Source: a virus (Duplodnaviria > Caudoviricetes). From it: a stretch of DNA of 64,000 nucleotides. Position 1 is the first letter of the stretch. Each line of letters opens with the position of its first letter. Where the stretch lies: IMG/VR virus record IMGVR_UViG_3300011116_001227, one strand, 5' to 3'. Under the pieces are notes generated by a model. That model did no database searches. It was not told the DNA's origin and was given only the letters and a program-made list of their open reading frames with translations. Below, one piece after another: positions 57,513 through 64,000 of the stretch. Made by a program: the position numbers and the translations under genes.

Positions 57513-60500
57513 TGTAACTCCTCATTGTCACTGTCATCTAATTCGATTCCTGTCACTTCAGACAGTAGGTTTTTTGTTGCAATACTTTTTTGGAATGTTG
57601 GTGAGGATGCCATCTTTTTTAGTGCTGACATCACATCGATTCCTACTCTTGTCCTTGACTCCTTAAACGGATTAGAAAGTGCATTATTTATTCCTTTCAT
57701 ATCGTAAGGATCTGTCATTGCAAGATCATCACTACTCAAAGAATCTTCCCACTTGGGCATGTGAAGTTTTGCTGGTCCTGCGTGACGAATTCTAGCCCTA
57801 TTGCGTCTAATTCTGTCAATTTGACGTTGTGCTTTGACCGGTGTGTCAATATCTTTGAGATTAAATTTAATTGAAAAATCTTCGTCGTCATTATCGGGAT
57901 CATCTGACGAAAGAAGAAGGTCTCGCTTATCACCTTCATCCTCAGGATTATCTCCTGCGAACAGATCTTCTCCACCGCCTTCTTCTCCTCCTGTCTCTTC
58001 TTCGCCTGCTCCACCTTCTCCAGATTCCTCACCTTCAGGTTCAGTTGACGTCTCCTCACCTGATGAGTCTTCTTCTCCTTCGGGTTTTGCGCTTTCAATT
58101 GCTTGATCAACCATCTTTTCTTTAAGACGCTGATCATCAATTTTATCGCACTGTTCGTTGCTTAATCCCCAAATCTCTTTTCTAATAAATTCTTTGCTCA
58201 TCTGACCTTCAGGTGCAGATCCTGCAATTTCAAACTTTGATCTCCAGAGTTCAAGCTTTTGTTGCTGTGCAATAGTAGAAGGATTTGGAAGTCTCAGAAC
58301 GAAATTCTGTAAATCTTCGTCATCGAATCCATGAGAATAAAGATGAATAATTGCAATCTTGTTTAATTCAGCTAGAAGCGTCTTTTGAATTACAGCAATT
58401 GTTCTAGAAAAACGAATGTCTTCTTGAGCTAATGTCGCCTTTGAGCTTAAAGACTCATCGTATCCCAGATATGCTTTTGGAATCTTTAAAGCAGCAAAAA
58501 GCTTCTTTTGAATATAAGCAACGTCTTCAACTGCAGCAGCATTTTGACCACCTGCAAGAGTATCAATTTTAGTACCAGATTCTCCGCCGCGGACTGGAAT
58601 GAAATAGTCTTCATCTACTGAAAGAGGATTATATCGAAGATCAACTCTTCCCGTTGCTCTGTCTATAACTTGACTCGATCTAAGATTCTTTCGCTGTTCT
58701 TCAACATACATTGGAACATTTTCAGGAGGAATGTTAGCTACGTCGATATAAAATACTCTTCGTTCTGGTGCTCGAACGACTCTATACACCAACATTGCAT
58801 CTTCAATAAGAATTAACTGTCTCCAAATTCTTCTTGCAGCTTCGACAATTGAAGAACCGTATGGCAAGAAAGCATCATTACCTAAGAGTCTAAAGTGAAT
58901 TACTTCCCAATTCTCAAGAGTCTTGTTTCCCATCGTGACCCACTTATACCGAATCGCCATGGGGTCATCTGGGTCATAATTTTCTTCTCTAAGAATTTCA
59001 TTAACAGGTATAGGAAAAACATTAATTACTCCGTGCTCAGGAGAGACGTCGCAGTACAGGAAAAAATCTCCGTACTTGACTAAATTTCTTGCCCAAGAAC
59101 GAAGATTAAATTCTACGTTAAGGATATCGTAGAAAAGTTCTTCTAAAACTTCCTTAATCTTTTCATTCTCTGAATGAATATGAAGAACTCGACCTCTCTC
59201 ATCTTGAGCGCATGTCTCATCTGCGTAAATGTCGAGGGCACTCGCAATCTCAGGAGTGTTGTGAGAAATGACTGTGTCTGTAGCGAAGTTCTTATAGCCG
59301 TCGACAGTTAGATCATACAGTGGGATCACACCATGATAGTCGATAGACGCAACTTTAAGATTTTCGTAGTTATGAGAAAATTCAGTGTAGTTTTTATAAC
59401 CTTGTTCGGCAAGTCGCTTAGAAAGAATTGTATCTGTCGTGCCCAAAGACTGAATTAGATCCTTCTTTGACATGCCTTTAGAAAAAATTGAGCATATTCT
59501 GTCAAAGGTAACTGAATGATTATATCGAGGATTATTCTCGCCTTGGTTGCTCCATCCTGCGTTGTGCCAATCTGGGTTGTATGCTTTGGCGAATGTTTGG
59601 AAGTCTTGATATCCGTGTTTTCGTAGTTTACGTTTGATTACATTGGGATCGGTATCAAGAACTTCGCACATCTTTCGAGAATTGAAGTTTGTTCTTTCGG
59701 CAACTTCTAAAATTCGACCGAATGTGATGTCCTTCCGCTCGGCAGGATTGTTCTCGGACATGAACTTAGAATGATTGATCTTGAACTGTTGAATCCAGTC
59801 AGAATTTTGTTCAGACCATTTAGCACCGTTGAGAATCTCTGCATGAAGCTTTTGATGAGCTTCACTTGTCATCACCTGGAGATTTTCGGGTCTATTGTCG
59901 TATTTGATGAAATTTTTGTGGTGAACGACTTCGTCGTTTGTCAAAGGAGAACCTTTTATCATTTCTCCGACGACTCGATGCTCAGATACCCATCCATTCA
60001 TCTTCGACCGTCGATCCATTGTGTAGATCCAACGATAACCTTCACCTTCTTCTTTGCAGCCGTTAAAAAGATCCCGACGATAGAATGGCATCATTGCATC
60101 GCCAGCTTTAAGATCTTCAATCTTGCAGAAGGTTCCATCGCGCTTCATGAGTCGATGGTTAGGAGTTCCGATGATCTTCTGCCCGTTGTCGAAAGTAACT
60201 GTGTAAGCGTGATCGGTTCGGGTTTGTCGAGCTTGTTTACCCCAAGCTGGAATAATTCTTCCTAAGTTATGATCATAAGAATAGACTAGGAATGTTTTGT
60301 CTGGGTCTGAAGAGCATTCTTCAGCAAGATCTTTAATTTTCTTATAACCGTCAGGTACTGCGATTAGAGTATCTCCATGAAGACAGTACTCCATCTCAAC
60401 GAAATCCTGGTACCTCATCATTCTCTCTGAGAGGTTATATGCATTTGCTGTGATAGTTGTGTATGTAGGAGCTACGCTTTTTTGGAAAAGAAGCGTACCA

Positions 60501-60625
60501 CTGCTTTTTGTAGAATCAGGAAGTGCTACAGTTGTGTCAAGACCTCTAATTTTTCTCTTGACAATTGGGCCACTCTTAAAAAGTCTTGTTAATTTTTGAA
60601 AAAGAGATTGTTGATTTTTAGCCAT
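57509..60625 (-). CDS. gp20: portal protein (intein-containing precursor, about 662 aa after splicing)
   Basis: RYQDF..MEY|TPEIASALDIYADE, ARNLVKYGDFF, LPYGSSI, IEDAMLVYRVVRAPERRVFYIDV, EDYFIPVRG, KKLFAALKIP. Confidence 0.95.
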   Translation of the reverse strand: MAKNQQSLFQKLTRLFKSGPIVKRKIRGLDTTVALPDSTKSSGTLLFQKSVAPTYTTITANAYNLSERMMRYQDFVEMEYCLHGDTLIAVPDGYKKIKDLAEECSSDPDKTFLVYSYDHNLGRIIPAWGKQARQTRTDHAYTVTFDNGQKIIGTPNHRLMKRDGTFCKIEDLKAGDAMMPFYRRDLFNGCKEEGEGYRWIYTMDRRSKMNGWVSEHRVVGEMIKGSPLTNDEVVHHKNFIKYDNRPENLQVMTSEAHQKLHAEILNGAKWSEQNSDWIQQFKINHSKFMSENNPAERKDITFGRILEVAERTNFNSRKMCEVLDTDPNVIKRKLRKHGYQDFQTFAKAYNPDWHNAGWSNQGENNPRYNHSVTFDRICSIFSKGMSKKDLIQSLGTTDTILSKRLAEQGYKNYTEFSHNYENLKVASIDYHGVIPLYDLTVDGYKNFATDTVISHNTPEIASALDIYADETCAQDERGRVLHIHSENEKIKEVLEELFYDILNVEFNLRSWARNLVKYGDFFLYCDVSPEHGVINVFPIPVNEILREENYDPDDPMAIRYKWVTMGNKTLENWEVIHFRLLGNDAFLPYGSSIVEAARRIWRQLILIEDAMLVYRVVRAPERRVFYIDVANIPPENVPMYVEEQRKNLRSSQVIDRATGRVDLRYNPLSVDEDYFIPVRGGESGTKIDTLAGGQNAAAVEDVAYIQKKLFAALKIPKAYLGYDESLSSKATLAQEDIRFSRTIAVIQKTLLAELNKIAIIHLYSHGFDDEDLQNFVLRLPNPSTIAQQQKLELWRSKFEIAGSAPEGQMSKEFIRKEIWGLSNEQCDKIDDQRLKEKMVDQAIESAKPEGEEDSSGEETSTEPEGEESGEGGAGEEETGGEEGGGEDLFAGDNPEDEGDKRDLLLSSDDPDNDDEDFSIKFNLKDIDTPVKAQRQIDRIRRNRARIRHAGPAKLHMPKWEDSLSSDDLAMTDPYDMKGINNALSNPFKESRTRVGIDVMSALKKMASSPTFQKSIATKNLLSEVTGIELDDSDNEELQ
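59258..60385 (-). mobile_element. intein (376 aa) with HNH homing endonuclease
   Basis: starts at Cys81 (CLHGDTLI), TPNHRLM block B, ends YDLTV..YKNF....VISHN followed by Thr; internal EHRVV...VHHKNF.K.DNRPENL. Confidence 0.92.
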
Positions 60626-60705
60626 AACTTTTGCCTCTTCACTTGTTGAAGCCGGCTCTTCACCTTGCGGGATTATATTAAACTATTATTGTTAGTAATT
60701 CAATA

Positions 60706-61020
60706 CTACTTTGCTGAAGGTTTAAATATTACACTTTGTGCTGCAGGATTTGACTTGCTAGATACATCAATATAGCTCATTGCATTTTTTGCAACATTGT
60801 CAAGTTTTGACGCTAAATCATCTAGAGCAGCTATTCCTACATGTGACTTGGCTGATTCAGATGAAGATTCTTTAAAAGAATTTATTGCACGAATTAAATC
60901 AGCAGCTGATTTCATAACTTTAGAACCGGCTGTGATATCAGCAGCATCATGTCCTTCAGTAAGATTTTGAATCTCTTCTTTGATTATTTGCTTAAGCTGT
61001 TTAGCAGTAATTTTATGCAT
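60706..61020 (-). CDS. small protein with MHKITxxQLKQIIKEE leader
   Basis: MHKITAKQLKQIIKEEIQNLTE; between the terminase and portal genes. Confidence 0.65.
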   Translation of the reverse strand: MHKITAKQLKQIIKEEIQNLTEGHDAADITAGSKVMKSAADLIRAINSFKESSSESAKSHVGIAALDDLASKLDNVAKNAMSYIDVSSKSNPAAQSVIFKPSAK

Positions 61021-61050
61021 TGCAATTGTTCCTGGGTATATGTATCTTCT

Positions 61051-62673
61051 TCACTTGTAGAGCCAAGAAAAATCTGAATTGTCTGTTTGATTTGTTGATT
61101 CGGAATGATTTTGATTTCCAAATGGTGACATACTTCTAATTTGAGGATGGACTGGCATCATAGTATTTCTATTGCCTGGCAATCCTATTGCATCGCTTAC
61201 AGATCTACTTCCTCTTGAAGTAGCTTTTAACATTGCATAAGCCATATTTGATGCTTGATCGTTACCCGAACTCTCACCCGCTGTCAGCCACATTCCAATA
61301 GCGATACTGATTATAAGATCATCGTGTGCATCTTTTGATGCCATCGCTTTTGAACCATTCCATACGAAGGCCTGCATTTGGTCGTAAAGTCGCTGAGAAT
61401 AAGATTTAATAACACCATTTCTTATCAACTCTTCAAGCTTTGCAAGCATTTGATGACGAGACTTGGCTTGTGTTGAAAATCCTGGAAGATCATCTGAATT
61501 TACTGGTCTATAATCGAATGGGTCACCTCTAGTACCACTGTAATACAGTCTTGGATATCCTGCATCTCTTAGCTTTACACACGTAAAGTAGCCGAAAGAA
61601 TTTTGTTCAGGACAGAGCAGGGCATCATTATAGAGTTTTCCATATTCAAAAAGAATATCAGCAAGTTTGTCGGGCGGAATTTTTCCCATAAATTCTGCAC
61701 AAACTTCGCAAGTTTCGTAATCAATTACATGAAAAGCTGAATAATCAGAAGCATCACCACGAGAGACGTCTGCTGAAATAACATATTTTTTGTTAACTTC
61801 AGGATTTCTCCAAATCCAAACACCGTTCTGAGGTCCGGACTTTGTAATTGGATTTTGAATCATCTCTCTCATTCTGTCAAGCTCACCCGGCTGAAGGAAT
61901 GTGTCGCCTGATGTGATAAAGTCGCATAAAAATTCTTGTGCAACTTTTCTTCTAGGAAGATTCCTTGTCTCTTTATCAAACCATTCTTGATCATGGTCAG
62001 GATGAACATACCATGGGAGTCTGATAGGATTAAAATCATTAAGACCTGATTCAGCTTCCGTCCACAACTTGTAATATTGACCACCTACACCGTTCGGTGT
62101 CGACAAAATAACAGCACTACCACCAGTTGAAAGAGTAGGGTAGAGACCGGTCCAGATGTCGTCAAAGTCTCTAATGAATGCAGCCTCATCAACAATAAGC
62201 AAGGCCAACGCTTCAGAACGTCCAGCGTCAGGAGAAGTCGGAACTGCTGTTATTGTCGAACCATTTGAAAATCTAATTGACTGTTTGGTTGGCTCAAATT
62301 TAGTCAACAATAACCATGCTGGAAGAGAATCAAGCATTGTCTTCACCTTTTTGATGAAGTTCATTGCAGTAGGCAATTTTGTTGCGATAACAAGAATATT
62401 CTTGTCTTTTTTAAAGAGTGCCATCCAGAGCGCATAAGCAGCAGTAACAGTAGACAAACCAAGCTGTCTAGATTTCAAAACAATGTTAAATCTACTTTCT
62501 TGAAAAGACTTGACACATTCATCTTGAAATTCATAAGTTTCAAAAGGAATTAAACCTTTAACTGGGTGCTGAATTTTCGTGTATTCTTTCATAAAATACA
62601 CGGGATTTTTTCCGCACTTTAAAATTTCTGAAACTTGCTGCTGTCTGTTTATATTGACTGGATTTTTACTCAT
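61051..62673 (-). CDS. gp17: terminase large subunit
   Basis: HPVKGLIPF, LKSRQLGLST Walker A, LLIVDEAAFI Walker B, STPNG, nuclease ISADVSRG...DYSAF, HDDL. Confidence 0.95.
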   Translation of the reverse strand: MSKNPVNINRQQQVSEILKCGKNPVYFMKEYTKIQHPVKGLIPFETYEFQDECVKSFQESRFNIVLKSRQLGLSTVTAAYALWMALFKKDKNILVIATKLPTAMNFIKKVKTMLDSLPAWLLLTKFEPTKQSIRFSNGSTITAVPTSPDAGRSEALALLIVDEAAFIRDFDDIWTGLYPTLSTGGSAVILSTPNGVGGQYYKLWTEAESGLNDFNPIRLPWYVHPDHDQEWFDKETRNLPRRKVAQEFLCDFITSGDTFLQPGELDRMREMIQNPITKSGPQNGVWIWRNPEVNKKYVISADVSRGDASDYSAFHVIDYETCEVCAEFMGKIPPDKLADILFEYGKLYNDALLCPEQNSFGYFTCVKLRDAGYPRLYYSGTRGDPFDYRPVNSDDLPGFSTQAKSRHQMLAKLEELIRNGVIKSYSQRLYDQMQAFVWNGSKAMASKDAHDDLIISIAIGMWLTAGESSGNDQASNMAYAMLKATSRGSRSVSDAIGLPGNRNTMMPVHPQIRSMSPFGNQNHSESTNQTDNSDFSWLYK

Positions 62674-63098
62674 GACATATCAAAGATGTACGTTTTTCTA
62701 TAATACGCTGTTCTCTTTGGTGTGTGATGGTAACCACCGCCTATCATCTCAACAGAGTCAGATTCGTCAAATTTTTCTAGCTTCAAAGAATCTCCTGTTA
62801 ATTCTTTATAAGCTTTCTTAAGAGAACTTATTCTATCTTTTATAAGTCTATCTGCAGACTCTGATGATCTCTTCTTTGTGATCTGTGCCTCACCGCTAGA
62901 AGAAAAATTAATAATGTCAATATAAGTTACCGTCAGTCTTGATCCAAAGTCTCCAGATTTTTCATCTTTATCAGCCAAGTGTACTACACCTGAAAATGAA
63001 AATTTTACCGAATAAGATGAAGCTTTTGGAGTCGAAGATCTTCCCCATGTTGTATCTACAATATTGTTTAGTGCACTGAGATCAATTTTTTTTGACAT
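62670..63098 (-). CDS. hypothetical protein
   Basis: 142-aa ORF with a 4-nt overlap to the terminase gene. Confidence 0.6.
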   Translation of the reverse strand: MSKKIDLSALNNIVDTTWGRSSTPKASSYSVKFSFSGVVHLADKDEKSGDFGSRLTVTYIDIINFSSSGEAQITKKRSSESADRLIKDRISSLKKAYKELTGDSLKLEKFDESDSVEMIGGGYHHTPKRTAYYRKTYIFDMS

Positions 63099-63129
63099 AA
63101 CTTGCGCTCGCTGATACAGTAAATAGGTG

Positions 63130-63399
63130 TCACATTTTTAATTTAGACTTAATGTATTCTTTAGAGGGTCTCCAGTCAACTTTCCAGTCTTCAAGTTTAG
63201 GATAAATTATCTTATTGGAACAAGAATCACAGCACTCAAATTTTCTAAAAGACTCTTCGTCATAGTAAGAAGTCATAATTGTCTCGCAAAATGGACAAAA
63301 AAGCGGTGGTGAAGTTGAAGGATCCTTCTCTTTAATGACATAAAATCCATCACACTCTTTAATCAACCTGTCATTAAGATACGATTTCCACTCGCTCAT
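63130..63399 (-). CDS. small Cys-containing (Zn-binding?) hypothetical protein
   Basis: CPFC...CCDSC motifs; 4-nt overlap with the upstream gene. Confidence 0.55.
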   Translation of the reverse strand: MSEWKSYLNDRLIKECDGFYVIKEKDPSTSPPLFCPFCETIMTSYYDEESFRKFECCDSCSNKIIYPKLEDWKVDWRPSKEYIKSKLKM

Positions 63400-64000
63400 A
63401 CGAACACCATCTTTGAATCTTTCTCGTTCTTTGTAATCTCTAGGATATGATCAGCAACATCCTTAATTCCGTCAACATGTGTGATCACCAAAATTAATCT
63501 AAAAAACTTCTTTAAACTTGTCAGTAATCTATTGCATGATTCAACGCCAGAATCATCTAATGTTCCAAACCCTTCATCAATGATGAACATGTCTGACTTT
63601 GACATCGAAGAAACATTCACCAATGCAACTCTTAGTGCAATAGAAGCGATCGTCTTCTCCATTCCAGAGCACAATTCAATTATTCTACGAGAATCTCCAT
63701 AATTGATGTAGATCTCAGATGCATCTGATTCATCATCATTCTCCAACTCAACTGAGAAATCTACGATTCCGTGGAGGATCTTTGAAATCTCTGCATTAAT
63801 GACCGGTAGCTGTGACCTTGTTATGATCAAAGGAATTCCTTTCTTTGAGAAAGATCCTGAAATGATCTCATATGTCTTCATCGACTTTAAGATAACATCT
63901 CTAGCTGTTCTCTCTGTAGATAATTTTTCGATATCTGAGAGGAGTTTTCCTCTCTGAGTTGCCAAGTTCATCCTGATCTCATCCGATGATTTGATAAGCT
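63396..64000 (-). CDS. sbcC: SbcC / gp46-like recombination ATPase, C-terminal part (runs off the window)
   Basis: signature CSGMEK, Walker B FIIDEGFGTLD, H-loop VITHVD; frame stays open to position 64000. Confidence 0.9.
   Translation of the reverse strand, partial: LIKSSDEIRMNLATQRGKLLSDIEKLSTERTARDVILKSMKTYEIISGSFSKKGIPLIITRSQLPVINAEISKILHGIVDFSVELENDDESDASEIYINYGDSRRIIELCSGMEKTIASIALRVALVNVSSMSKSDMFIIDEGFGTLDDSGVESCNRLLTSLKKFFRLILVITHVDGIKDVADHILEITKNEKDSKMVFV

Noticed and set aside
698-63702. Dozens of 60-280 aa ORFs overlapping the main genes on the opposite strand or in other frames (for example 21530-22360, 16507-17055, 52619-53158)
   Set aside because: They are shadows of long genes with clear motifs, have no recognisable motifs themselves and show the Ser/Phe/Ile-rich composition typical of antisense frames.
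1-64000. Stop-codon reassignment, as in some jumbo phages
   Set aside because: Core genes are intact and densely packed under the standard code, and TAA, TGA and TAG all terminate genes at expected positions.

Overview
This 64 kb window comes from a large T4-like (contractile-tailed) dsDNA bacteriophage, probably a jumbo phage. It is gene-dense, almost all genes are on the minus strand, and the standard genetic code reads through cleanly. 1-12.7 kb holds nucleotide metabolism and replication genes: dTMP kinase, ThyX, class II RNR, DnaB/gp41-like helicase, 5'-3' exonuclease, dUTPase, RecA, gp32-like SSB, an HD hydrolase and a compact PolA-like gene. 12.7-39.5 kb holds baseplate, tape measure, tail chaperone, tube, two sheath genes and neck genes, with two endonuclease genes flanking the tube gene. 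39.6-49.7 kb is an accessory island: an endolysin, a three-gene exported-protein cassette of bacterial type (two lipoproteins, one with CxxCH, plus a Tat substrate), an HNH gene, an HExxH protein, a broken endonuclease and an endonuclease cassette bounded by 33-bp direct repeats. 49.7-64 kb holds head and packaging genes: major capsid, scaffold, protease, portal with an HNH-containing intein, terminase and a partial SbcC/gp46. All family assignments come from recognising motifs by eye; no database searches were run.
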